From the IMG/VR virus record IMGVR_UViG_3300029702_000002: a stretch of DNA of 64,000 nucleotides, one strand, 5' to 3'. This stretch comes from a virus (lineage: Duplodnaviria > Heunggongvirae > Uroviricota > Caudoviricetes). The translations under genes were made by a program, and so were the position numbers. The first letter of the stretch is position 1. Every line of letters begins with the position of its first letter. The notes beneath the pieces were generated by a model. The model was not told the DNA's origin. It worked only from the letters and a program-made list of their open reading frames with translations, and did not search any database. Below are positions 49,650 through 58,820 of this stretch, piece by piece.

Positions 49650-49826
49650 ATGTCTAAGGCTGAAGTCATAAATACCATTCTGGAACAATTGACAATGGCC
49701 GACTTTGACAAGGTTATATCTTCTGTCGGGGCTTCCGCTAAGACTCGTGAGAAAATCATGCGTATCTATGAGAACTCTAATATGACAAAGGAAGATCTCG
49801 AAACGCTATTAAGCAGATTAAAATAA
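49650..49826 (+). CDS. Small hypothetical protein (58 aa)
   Basis: Short ORF below track cut-off between helicase and lipoprotein gene. Confidence 0.3.
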   Translation: MSKAEVINTILEQLTMADFDKVISSVGASAKTREKIMRIYENSNMTKEDLETLLSRLK

Positions 49827-49852
49827 TCACGCTATCAATTAGGGAGACAAAG

Positions 49853-50317
49853 ATGAAGTCTCCCATACTGTTCACTTTCTGTTCTAAAACTATCATGAAA
49901 TACTCGCTTCTCCCTCTACTAACGTTACCAGTGTTGATGCTTACCGCGTGCCAATCACGCCCAATATCAATCCATGACGCCAAACCAGCACCGCAGGCCA
50001 AAGTGTTCAAGTATCAAAGCGCAGCGCCAGCTACGTTGGTGGTAATGAGAGACACAGGTTTTGTAGGAGCTGGATGTGATGCTTCCATTTTCATCAACGG
50101 CGAAACTGTCGCAAAACTGGCTACAGGCGAAAAAGCGACTTTCCATTTAAATGCCGGAGAATTAATTGTGGGTGCATCTCTTGAAGGTGCAGGTTTATGT
50201 GCTCTAAACCCCGCTCGTCAAGAGCGAGAAACGACTCTGAAGAATGGAGACACAAAAGCGTTCAGGGTGTTCACCAGCAATTCTGGTGACATCGACATTC
50301 TGCCAACAACTCTGTGA
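49853..50317 (+). CDS. Lipoprotein (lipobox LTAC)
   Basis: AGGGAGA site before ATG 49853; internal ATG 49895 would give a canonical 19-aa lipoprotein signal peptide. Confidence 0.6.
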   Translation: MKSPILFTFCSKTIMKYSLLPLLTLPVLMLTACQSRPISIHDAKPAPQAKVFKYQSAAPATLVVMRDTGFVGAGCDASIFINGETVAKLATGEKATFHLNAGELIVGASLEGAGLCALNPARQERETTLKNGDTKAFRVFTSNSGDIDILPTTL

Positions 50318-50321
50318 TGAC

Positions 50322-50846
50322 ATGACAACCAAAGATATTACCTACGGTATCCAAGCTGAACTCTGGCCGCGAGATTACACTAACGTTGAAAAACTACTGA
50401 TGTTCTGGCGCAGAGAACAAATTCCTGTAAGGGTCACTCTCGAAGATGGCCAGGCGTTTTGCATGTACGTTTATGGCCTCATGCCATCTCGTAACAAAGT
50501 TGACCTTTGCCCAGCCCCTTTTGACAAAGAAAATCGTATAAGGCTCCCACTTGAACGCATTAGTACAATTGAATCAGGTGTGGTTGACAGTATCGCTCAC
50601 GATTTCAAAGGTCGACTAACAGTTCACCCTGATTATGTCGATAATCGGCCATCACGCCGCGATTTTTTTGCAATTTGCAACCAAGCCTACAAAGCAAACA
50701 AATCTATAAGGGTGTACATGGCGGATGGCCGTGAAATTGAGGGGGTGTCAGCAGGCGCAGATGCTTGTCAGGTTACACTACGTGTCGAGAACGTTAGAAA
50801 AATAGTTGTTTTGTTCGATTGGGTTGAACGAATTTTGCCTTTTTGA
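50322..50846 (+). CDS. Hypothetical cytoplasmic protein (174 aa)
   Basis: ATG 5 nt after lipoprotein stop. Confidence 0.5.
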   Translation: MTTKDITYGIQAELWPRDYTNVEKLLMFWRREQIPVRVTLEDGQAFCMYVYGLMPSRNKVDLCPAPFDKENRIRLPLERISTIESGVVDSIAHDFKGRLTVHPDYVDNRPSRRDFFAICNQAYKANKSIRVYMADGREIEGVSAGADACQVTLRVENVRKIVVLFDWVERILPF

Positions 50847-50849
50847 GTT

Positions 50850-51158
50850 ATGAAATCGATATTGTTACCACCATTATTTTTACTTTGCTCAGTTGCGGCA
50901 AATGCAATGGACTATAAGCCTGTCATTCAGTCGCTGATGAATGACGTGTGCTCAACGTCTCAGAATGTATCAGTTTGCATGTATCAATTTTCGGCAGCCG
51001 TAAAAGCAGGAAAAGCGATAGGTGAGAATGTGGAACTGTGTAAGAAAGTGGCAAATGAAGAACGGGCAATGTTGGATTGCGAATCTAGCGAGTCATCGGC
51101 ACAGTTCGTTGATGCGCTATTTGACACCAATCGTAAGGCTGTAGAGTCTGTTCAATAA
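50850..51158 (+). CDS. Secreted small Cys-containing protein (102 aa)
   Basis: Signal peptide MKSILLPPLFLLCSVAANA; followed by hairpin 51171-51195. Confidence 0.55.
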   Translation: MKSILLPPLFLLCSVAANAMDYKPVIQSLMNDVCSTSQNVSVCMYQFSAAVKAGKAIGENVELCKKVANEERAMLDCESSESSAQFVDALFDTNRKAVESVQ

Positions 51159-51348
51159 ATCTATAAGGTTAATAACCGGCTAAGTCCGGTTATTATTTTT
51201 CACATCACTTCTTTATATCTATAAATCAAATAATCTAAATATATATAAGGTCGAAAGCCGGAATCGATTATTTATTTAGGGAACACCTTCGACGATCTCG
51301 CTTTTATTTCTAGGACTTTCATCCCTGCAAAAAATTTTAAAAAAACAC

Positions 51349-51377
51349 TTGCAATCTTTTTTCGCGTATCGATAATT
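51349..51377 (+). promoter_or_regulatory. Sigma70-like promoter (TTGCAA-N16-GATAAT) for AT-rich cassette
   Basis: Hexamers read from sequence about 65 nt upstream of ATG 51442. Confidence 0.45.
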
Positions 51378-51441
51378 GAACTCGTCGAAAGCGAAGACGC
51401 TAACGACAATAAATTTTAAATTTACATAAGGAAAAATTATC

Positions 51442-52092
51442 ATGGCTAACATTATCATTTCTAAAAAATCCATCATTGAAGCTGCTTCCATTGTATCCGA
51501 TGAACTGCGCGAAAAAGCAGATCTGGCAACTCAAACATATAACGAACATTATAAAAATGGTACGCACACTAAAGCAGACAAAGCAAATATGCAAGCTGCG
51601 ACCACTAAACTTGCTTACTTCATCAACAACGTCGTAAACGCAGTAGAAGACGAAAAATTATGCTCTGTTTTCTACTATGCGATTAAAGCAAGCAAACAAG
51701 CGCCAGAAGTATTTTTTCGTGATGCAATGACTAATAGTTATTCTCTGGAAAAACTGGTTTATCTGGTTAAATCAATTAAATCTGGTAAATGCGTTTATTC
51801 CATCGCTGATATGTCTGGATCTCGTGTATTCGCTTTAATCGATATGATTAACGACGAGATCGACACGTTCACCAATGGCGCTGTTTTCGATTTAATGAAT
51901 GAAGCTAAAAAAGCGTGTGAAATTAAATTGGACGCTGGCTATACTCAAGCCAACCAGTTGATCAATCTTTGCGAACGTCTTGGACTTGTTGAAAAAGTCA
52001 AAGGAGCTGGGAGTGCGAAAGCTGGTACTCAGCAATATCGCTTCATTAAAAATGATTTCTACAATTATTTAGCTGATGCTTTCAAAGCGTAA
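51442..52092 (+). CDS. AT-rich hypothetical protein (216 aa)
   Basis: Low-GC ORF with AAGGAAAAA site; no recognisable motif. Confidence 0.55.
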   Translation: MANIIISKKSIIEAASIVSDELREKADLATQTYNEHYKNGTHTKADKANMQAATTKLAYFINNVVNAVEDEKLCSVFYYAIKASKQAPEVFFRDAMTNSYSLEKLVYLVKSIKSGKCVYSIADMSGSRVFALIDMINDEIDTFTNGAVFDLMNEAKKACEIKLDAGYTQANQLINLCERLGLVEKVKGAGSAKAGTQQYRFIKNDFYNYLADAFKA

Positions 52093-52140
52093 TTAATGGA
52101 ATCAAGCGCCCATAGTGGGCGCTTTAAAGGAGCTTTAAAA

Positions 52141-52344
52141 ATGGTCAGCTATGACAAGATCCGCGCGGAATATCGCGCAAAGTATCGCGCTTATAAACTG
52201 GAATTAATCGATGATTTGATCGCGCAACGCGACCAATTAAATTTTACGTTTTCTGATTTGCTTAACAGCAAGCGAGATTGCAAGCGCAAACGTGAATACT
52301 TACGTTTAAGCGCATTAATCGGAAAACTTCAAAATTCTATTTAA
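52141..52344 (+). CDS. Small basic hypothetical protein (67 aa)
   Basis: ATG with AAAGGAGCTTTAAAA leader. Confidence 0.45.
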   Translation: MVSYDKIRAEYRAKYRAYKLELIDDLIAQRDQLNFTFSDLLNSKRDCKRKREYLRLSALIGKLQNSI

Positions 52345-52365
52345 TTTTTTTTAAGGAGCTTAATC

Positions 52366-52596
52366 ATGTTTGTTCTTATCGCTGGCGTTAACGTCCATAA
52401 TGAATATTATGTTAGTCGCATCGCTGGGATCGCTGGTTACGCTGGGCGCGCAGTCGAGCTTATAGATGAAACGACGCGCAAAATTGACTTATTGAGCGAC
52501 CAGGAGCGAAAAAAAGCAGACGTGAACGACGCTGATATATTTTTAATGCTGAAAGCGTTTGTAGAAATGGGATTTGAAATCAGTTTACATAAATAA
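52366..52596 (+). CDS. Small hypothetical protein (76 aa)
   Basis: ATG with TAAGGAGCTTAATC leader; strong terminator follows. Confidence 0.5.
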   Translation: MFVLIAGVNVHNEYYVSRIAGIAGYAGRAVELIDETTRKIDLLSDQERKKADVNDADIFLMLKAFVEMGFEISLHK

Positions 52597-52602
52597 AATC
52601 GA

Positions 52603-52632
52603 GCGCCCACTATGGGCGCTTTTTTCGTTTCC
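52603..52632 (+). terminator. Intrinsic terminator (GAGCGCCCACTATGGGCGCTTTTTT); tandem second hairpin at 52650-52680
   Basis: GC hairpin plus T-run after 52366-52596; same stem also at 52107-52125. Confidence 0.65.
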
Positions 52633-53069
52633 AATACTTCCACAATAACGCGCCATCAATGGCGCGTTTTTTATTGTCTTTAACTCACTCCAACAACATA
52701 AAAATAAGCACCAAAATAACGCCATAGACGCGCTTTTATATCCTTGCCAGTACATACCCATTACTTAACACATTAACGCGCTTAAAACGCGTTATATTGC
52801 GCTATAGAGTATGGTTAATCATTGGCTTTTAGTCTTGCTATGTGATCCGCGTTTATTTGTCGGTGCGGATCGGCATTTTGTTTTGTTCTGTATCCGCTCG
52901 CGTATTATGTGCGCGTGATTTTTCACATAATCACACCACTTAATCACGTATGTGATTATGCTACGAAAGAAATCTGGATGTCTCAGGTGACGAAAGTCAT
53001 CATAATTTTCCCCGCTCACCTGTCCGACAACCGCTGGTTGGATTCCACCAGCTTCCCGATGTTTTTCTA

Positions 53070-53155
53070 CATAAAGGCGAATGCAGCCGTTTCCCGAAAA
53101 AATCCTGTCCGTTCCCCGTCGGCTCATGAATACGTTCCTCGCCGTTTCTGAAAAT
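53070..53155. repeat. Iteron-like direct repeats (AGCCGTTTCCCGAAAA family), cluster A
   Basis: 3-4 imperfect copies at about 21-bp spacing; Chi-like GCTGGTGG at about 53145. Confidence 0.5.
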
Positions 53156-53211
53156 TTCCCTGCGGCAGCTGGTGGCTATAGAGAAAGGGCCGTTTCTGGC
53201 CCTCTTCTCAG

Positions 53212-53694
53212 TTACACGCCATCAAGGATGTGGATGCGGTTGCTTGCGTATACATTCAGCATAAAGTTAGCGCAAAACAGTTTCCATGTATCAACGCCAG
53301 CGGTATACGTAATGTTTTTGCATTTAATTGCATTGTTGGCGATCCGCATCCCCTGCGATACTGCTTCATCGTCGGAAAATTTGAACGACGATTGAGTTTT
53401 AATCCAGACAGAAATCTGCGTAGCGAACTCAATCAGCTTGGACTGGCAGAATCGCCCGGAGCGCACCGGAAAGACGAACGTTCCGAATCCAGAATTTACC
53501 ACATACGCTTTTTCAAATACCCGCGAGTAACGACGATTGCCAATGATGTCGCGTGCAATAATGCATTTTTCTTGTGCTGACAGTTCTACCGTCTCATTGT
53601 CGCGCCATGCACCAAGTACTCGTTTTTCAATGTCAGAGAACGTTACAGCGATATTGCCATGTGCGGGTGCGTTTACAGTAGCGATAAAATTCAT
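53212..53694 (-). CDS. Hypothetical protein (160 aa), monocistronic cassette
   Basis: Shared upstream promoter/operator element. Confidence 0.55.
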   Translation of the reverse strand: MNFIATVNAPAHGNIAVTFSDIEKRVLGAWRDNETVELSAQEKCIIARDIIGNRRYSRVFEKAYVVNSGFGTFVFPVRSGRFCQSKLIEFATQISVWIKTQSSFKFSDDEAVSQGMRIANNAIKCKNITYTAGVDTWKLFCANFMLNVYASNRIHILDGV

Positions 53695-53898
53695 GATTAA
53701 TTCCTTATCGTAAATAACAAATTGTTTTCTTGTTGGTGTTAATTATCGTTGTACGAATAAGGCGTCAAAGTGGAAAGTTACGGTAGCCGGACGGGAACAG
53801 GTGGGTTTGTCGGTTGCCTGGAGGTAAGAGGTTGGTGTTTTTAGCCTGCGGGAAACAAGATAGTCATTTAAGGCCACCAATGCTGGTGGCCTTAGCCT

Positions 53899-54180
53899 TT
53901 AGTGGAGCAGACCGATGTCGATGGTATCCCCTGAATCATCCACACGGATCATCAGCATGGCAAAGGCGTTTAGTGGATAGCTTGCGTGCCATTCAGGGAA
54001 GCGGTCATCTCGCATGAAGTCGACAATGTCGTAAACGCATCCCTCAAAGTGGAAGAATCGCGTGCTTACCTGCTCGTCATAATCCACATGATCCATTTCT
54101 TGCTGTTCTGTTTCCGGCAAGTCCAGCCATGATTCAAGAAATACATTTTGTGCTTTAGGGGTAATGGTGAAATCAGTCAT
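53899..54180 (-). CDS. Small acidic hypothetical protein (93 aa), monocistronic cassette
   Basis: ATG at 54180 with GAGGA site; conserved upstream element and 3' hairpin 53871-53895. Confidence 0.5.
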   Translation of the reverse strand: MTDFTITPKAQNVFLESWLDLPETEQQEMDHVDYDEQVSTRFFHFEGCVYDIVDFMRDDRFPEWHASYPLNAFAMLMIRVDDSGDTIDIGLLH

Positions 54181-54369
54181 GAGCATATCCTCACTGCGTA
54201 AACATGTTGTTTTCTTGTTGGTGTAATTATCGCAGTGTAGATAAGGCATAAAAGAAGTTAATACAGGCTGAATACACAAGAAAGGTTATGGAAGTTGATA
54301 GCCAGGTTTCAAACTAACCTTCGGTTATTAAAAGTCATTTAAGACCACCAATGCTGGTGGCCTTAATAA

Positions 54370-54513
54370 TTATCGCCCGATTACGCTAAGGATCTTTTCC
54401 TCAACTGATTTGTTGTTGCGACTAAACTGCCTTGCGTATCTGATGACAGAAGAGGCGTTTTGCTTTCTGACCATCTCGGCTCTTTCCTTCAGGCGTTTCT
54501 TGAAATCGCCCAT
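54370..54513 (-). CDS. Small basic protein (47 aa), coupled to upstream gene
   Basis: Short ORF starting 2 nt after stop of 54516-54890 and ending 5 nt before conserved hairpin. Confidence 0.3.
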   Translation of the reverse strand: MGDFKKRLKERAEMVRKQNASSVIRYARQFSRNNKSVEEKILSVIGR

Positions 54514-54515
54514 AT

Positions 54516-54890
54516 TTACCACCAGGCGCAGAAGGTCAGTCTGTTATTGTGAAAGTCGTGGTTCTTAATCAGATCTTCCACAAGCTCTTTCAACTGCCCC
54601 ACATCATGCCAGTAACCTTCATCGTACTCCTGACTGCCGAAGAAAAAACCTTCCCGGGTAGGCAAGTACTCTTCGCAATTACTTTCGTTTATGTGCATCA
54701 AATGAGCCTTCAGAAAACAAATGTCATTCATCGTTAATTCTAAAAGCTCACAATTTTCGACTTCACCTACGTTGCGCTCCATCCACCCAACGAGCGCATT
54801 GAACTTACGGAAGTAAGCAACCTGCTTTCTGGATGCCTCGTTATTCAGATCGTTTTTAGGCTGCGTCTCGATATAGATATCAAGTCCCAT
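54516..54890 (-). CDS. Hypothetical protein (124 aa), monocistronic cassette
   Basis: ATG 54890 with AAGGAAACC site; conserved upstream element. Confidence 0.5.
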   Translation of the reverse strand: MGLDIYIETQPKNDLNNEASRKQVAYFRKFNALVGWMERNVGEVENCELLELTMNDICFLKAHLMHINESNCEEYLPTREGFFFGSQEYDEGYWHDVGQLKELVEDLIKNHDFHNNRLTFCAWW

Positions 54891-55007
54891 GATGGTTTCC
54901 TTATTAAGTTGCTTCAGTGAAATCATTTTCACAAATCAGATAAGGCAGAAAACAAATTGTTATCGGGCATAATAAAATGGCGCGGTTTACGCGCCATTTA
55001 AAGAGGA

Positions 55008-55403
55008 TTAAGCGAATACGCTTTCAGGGATTAAGGTGTCGGCAGGAATGCCAGAGGTAATGCGCAGGCCGTACTGACCAATCCAGGTAGTGTTGGTATT
55101 CAGGCTGGAGGCGAATACGGTGTTAACCATATTCATCATGGTTTCAAACACCTCTTCATTAACCTGGCGGAAGTAGTTCTCGATTTTCAGCAGCAGCGGG
55201 TCAGTTGCATCGAGAATGGACTGGTATTGAGTCGCGTACTCGCCGCCGGAGGCATCACCTTTACGCACGATCGTACTGGCCTGGACTTCGGCACCAGTTT
55301 CGGTGTTGTACGTAACAACGGTGATTTTTGCCACATTCTTACCTTCGGCGGTTTCAGAGGCATAGTAAACATCAACTGTCAGTTTTTCGCGTTTAACGGT
55401 CAT
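55008..55403 (-). CDS. Hypothetical protein (131 aa)
   Basis: ATG 55403 with GGAGAG site. Confidence 0.5.
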   Translation of the reverse strand: MTVKREKLTVDVYYASETAEGKNVAKITVVTYNTETGAEVQASTIVRKGDASGGEYATQYQSILDATDPLLLKIENYFRQVNEEVFETMMNMVNTVFASSLNTNTTWIGQYGLRITSGIPADTLIPESVFA

Positions 55404-55529
55404 TTCACTCTCCGTAGTGTTTTGGTTATTTTTATATTCTATGATCGTAAGTATGTACTTACAATACAAAAAAGCCCCGTAAGGATGGCGGGGCTGTCGT
55501 ACGGTCGACTAATTACCACTTGCACATTA

Positions 55530-55841
55530 TCAGGCTATTGCCATCACTGATGCTCTCTGAATCTCTTGCTGGGCCACGCGGTTAACTTCCATCAAAGCCA
55601 GTTCGAGCTGATGTTCCGGCCACATTCTTTGAAATGCCACCCAGCCTTTTCCACGCTGGCGACGAACATTCATTACATAACGAGTAAAGGTGTTTTTATC
55701 GAAAGACACCGCTGTTTCACGGAACAGACGAATAGAGGTTCCATTGGCAACGATGTCCAGCAAAGTTAATTGAGCAACCAGCGCAGGCTTCTCTTTTCTC
55801 TTCTGGTCTTTGTCCAGACCAAGAACCAATGATTTTTTCAT
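55530..55841 (-). CDS. Hypothetical basic protein (103 aa)
   Basis: ATG 55841 with GGAG site; conserved upstream element at 55853-55867. Confidence 0.5.
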   Translation of the reverse strand: MKKSLVLGLDKDQKRKEKPALVAQLTLLDIVANGTSIRLFRETAVSFDKNTFTRYVMNVRRQRGKGWVAFQRMWPEHQLELALMEVNRVAQQEIQRASVMAIA

Positions 55842-55994
55842 CACAACTCCGTAAACAACTTGTTTTCTCAATGGCGTAAATAATACCAGTAAGAAAACGG
55901 CTACAAAGCATATTGATCAGGTGCATGAGCTATATGCAGGTTCTTCCCTGCGGCTATAGAGAAATTAAGCCAGCAATGCTGGCTTTGGTTGGGG

Positions 55995-56324
55995 TTACTC
56001 GAATACTTCAAGAAACTCCTGAACGTCCCAATGCTGGACGAGGTGAAGATAGACCTTAGAAATCACGTCATTTTCGCTATCGCATGTGAAGTAGTACTTC
56101 TGGCTGCGGTTGTATGTGTCCACACAAAATTCGCTCATATCCATAAAGTCAGCATCTTCACCCAGGTCGCTGATCATCAAAGCAGGTGCGTCATCACGAG
56201 TCATCAGTTCCAGCACCCATCTTGAATTGATCAGAGTGGAAGACCAACCTTCTAACTCATAAAACTGATCAAACTCTTTTTGAGTTAATTTCTTGATTTG
56301 GTTGATGTCGATATTTGTAAACAT
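55995..56324 (-). CDS. Small acidic hypothetical protein (109 aa)
   Basis: ATG 56324 with AAGGA site; conserved upstream element; 3' hairpin 55968-55986. Confidence 0.5.
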   Translation of the reverse strand: MFTNIDINQIKKLTQKEFDQFYELEGWSSTLINSRWVLELMTRDDAPALMISDLGEDADFMDMSEFCVDTYNRSQKYYFTCDSENDVISKVYLHLVQHWDVQEFLEVFE

Positions 56325-56679
56325 AAAGCAATCCTTAAACAACATGTTTTCTTGATGGTGTTATTATCGCAATAACGCACAGGCGAAAAAGGATTTTGTT
56401 CCGGTGAATGTGGTTTTGGCAGTGAGTTTTCAGGTTCAGTACCGAGTACACTTTTTACATTATTCTGATTTAGTGGCCGAAAGTGGCTGGTGGCAGAGTA
56501 ATCCTCTCCCCAAAAACCTACTGAAATCGATTGTGACCCGTTGGCTGTCTGGCACAATTACGCTGTAGCTGGGCATTCAGAGGGAATCCAGCGGTAAGCA
56601 AGTCCGCCTACGTGAGCGCCTCTCTTCTTCCCGCACATTACAGGTGGGTAGCCGCAACTCTCCCTCTCGCTATACCGGT

Positions 56680-56830
56680 ACGCCACCGTTCCTGAACCGG
56701 CATCGAGCCTTTTCCCGAAATCCACACAGGCAACTCGACCGTTTCCCTGAAAACCTCCAGCCGTTCCCCGAAGGCAACCCAGCCGTTTCTGTAGCGGGAT
56801 GCAGCCTTTTCCCTGTATGGACCGAAGGCT
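56680..56830. repeat. Iteron-like direct repeats (CCGTTTCCCTGAAAACC family), cluster B, 6 copies
   Basis: Six imperfect 20-23-bp units in tandem, same family as 53070-53155. Confidence 0.55.
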
Positions 56831-56859
56831 GACCGTAGGGGTGTTACGGGGGGATAAAA

Positions 56860-57780
56860 TCAGGAGTTGAATAAATACGAAAAAGGAGGCGACACCCCTC
56901 CTTCCCTCCCCACTTATACATACCTGGCTTCTTCGCTATACATGTTGTGTTTTATCTGTCTCAACCTCTCTATAGGCGTTAATGCTCACTCCTTCCAGAA
57001 TGTTCTATACGGCGACTATTTCTGTTGGTGAATTGGGTGTGTTGTTTTCTCTGTCGGTGTATGTGGTTTCGTTCGTTTTGCGGTGGTTCTTCTATGGGGT
57101 GTTCTCGTCGTTTTGGTGATTGTTCTTCTCCGTGTATGGAGTAATGGCAGGTGGGCGATTCCTTTCGTTGTTGTGTTTGAGTTGTTTGTCTGGAGTGTGT
57201 GAAAGGCTTTTGTAGTTATTCGTGTATTGGGTAATGGCGTTTCCCGTGATTGTTATGTTTCGTGTCTTTTGGGATTGAGAGAATCCTTGCGGTTACAGGC
57301 TTCGTTGGGGTTTCAGCGGTTCAGGTGTTTCTTCGCTGTTTGGGTAATGGCGTGTCGTGGGTATCGCGCGTATGAATGTTTTCGGATTGCCTGTGAAAGT
57401 TAGGTTGGTTGTCCGGTAGCCTGGGGAGAAGAGGTGGGTCTTTTCGGTAGCCTGCCATAAAGAGGTTGGTTGTTTTTGGGAATGGCATGTGTGTTATTTA
57501 GTTGTTTTGTTATGCCTGAAAATAAGTTGTTTATATGGTTGTGTAACGCAACGGGAGCGATTTTGAGCGTGTGTTTTTGTTGGTAGTGTGTTGGGTCGTC
57601 TGTGGTGAAAATTGGACGCTGTGGCGCTGTCTGCTGCGTAGCAGTTACGGGTATAAGAAGTGATGTGTGAAAACGTCAATTTTTTAGACCAAATCGGGTG
57701 AAAGCGTTGACGTTTCGTTGATCTGTTATTTAGTTGTTTTCTTATTTGTATAAACAACCATAACCTATTGATATTTAAGG
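56860..57780. repeat. ORF-free GT-skewed region with degenerate direct repeats of about 115 bp (units begin GGGTAATGGCG)
   Basis: Plus strand almost exclusively G/T-rich for about 900 bp; three GG(G/A)GTAATGGC copies and two CGGTAGCCTG copies. Confidence 0.55.
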
Positions 57781-57876
57781 GTATGATTGCAGGTATGGAA
57801 GGGGAGTAGTGGCGATCAACGGATTCTTATAGAAAAGAATCAAATTGTGACCGCCATTATCAATAAGTTGCAACCG

Positions 57877-58446
57877 TTAGTTGTTCAGATAAACATTTGG
57901 AACACGGACGTAGAAGTTCCTGTCACCGGTAAGTTCCAGAGTAATGTTAATGTCATTACCATTGTCTAGTGTAGCCGTTGCTCTATAGAACTTATCCGTC
58001 ACCTTGTCCTCTATTGTCACCTTCATACATTTTGGTGCAGTCGAACCGTTATTCTCTTTCAGAATAGTTGTCACGAGAGGGCAGGCTGCTTCTTCAAGAG
58101 CAACCTCGTCCTTGTGTGGGATGCCGATGAAGATAATCCAAGCCAGCGACGCAACGATTATGATAAATGGCACTCTGCTGCCTTTTGTAATAGTCGCGCG
58201 CTTCCAGAGATAGACAGGCAGGAGGAATACCCCCCATAGAATTGAAGGTGGTTCACAGCCAGACTCCGATAGAGCCATTCTGTCAGCTACTAACAAACCG
58301 ATGGTAGTTACACCCCCAATTATAATAGCGTAATTGGTATACTCTTCCGGCAATACTCCAAAGAAGAAAGGCATGAACGCTAGAATCCACGCATAAATGT
58401 TATTCAGAGGTTTTGTTTGTTGGTTCTGGGTTTCCATCACATCCAT
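57877..58446 (-). CDS. Integral membrane protein (189 aa)
   Basis: Several hydrophobic segments. Confidence 0.5.
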   Translation of the reverse strand: MDVMETQNQQTKPLNNIYAWILAFMPFFFGVLPEEYTNYAIIIGGVTTIGLLVADRMALSESGCEPPSILWGVFLLPVYLWKRATITKGSRVPFIIIVASLAWIIFIGIPHKDEVALEEAACPLVTTILKENNGSTAPKCMKVTIEDKVTDKFYRATATLDNGNDINITLELTGDRNFYVRVPNVYLNN

Positions 58447-58598
58447 TCCATCACATAAAAATCGCGTTTATATATTATCAATTTTCTCACTTGTATAACC
58501 TAAATACGCATCCGTTTATCAATCCACCTTCCACAAACATCAGCTTTGGCTATGAAAAATAACAATCTCAAAGTGAAACCATTATCATAGGATAACGA

Positions 58599-58784
58599 TT
58601 AGATGAGATGGTCTAATTCATCATCTATCATCGCTTTAACACTTGAGTCATTAACCCCGTATTGATTTATGAGCCGTTTCAGCTCCGGTGAAAACTGAAG
58701 GTAGATATCGTGGGCGTTTTTCACTGTAGGTTCAACGCCACGCATTTCAAGCGCCTTTAGTAGATATGAGTCTTCTTTAAGCAT
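58599..58784 (-). CDS. Small hypothetical protein (61 aa)
   Basis: Short ORF, weak support. Confidence 0.3.
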   Translation of the reverse strand: MLKEDSYLLKALEMRGVEPTVKNAHDIYLQFSPELKRLINQYGVNDSSVKAMIDDELDHLI

Positions 58785-58820
58785 AAATTCTCCGTTATCT
58801 AGTATGAAGCGATTGCCGGA

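Noticed and set aside
52819-53127. 102-aa minus-strand ORF
   Set aside because: Overlaps the iteron-like repeat cluster and inverted repeats of an intergenic control region; no ribosome-binding site
53871-53895. Conserved GGCCACCAATGCTGGTGGCC hairpins as canonical rho-independent terminators
   Set aside because: Only partly rejected: the hairpins are strong but lack a clear downstream U-run on the gene strand, so they are reported as shared 3' stem-loops rather than confident terminators
57494-57757. 87-aa minus-strand ORF in the GT-skewed region
   Set aside because: Low-complexity translation of a compositionally skewed non-coding region
56580-57760. CRISPR array in the repeat-rich non-coding region
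   Set aside because: Repeats are imperfect, of unequal length and spacing, with no conserved repeat-spacer periodicity and no cas genes nearby
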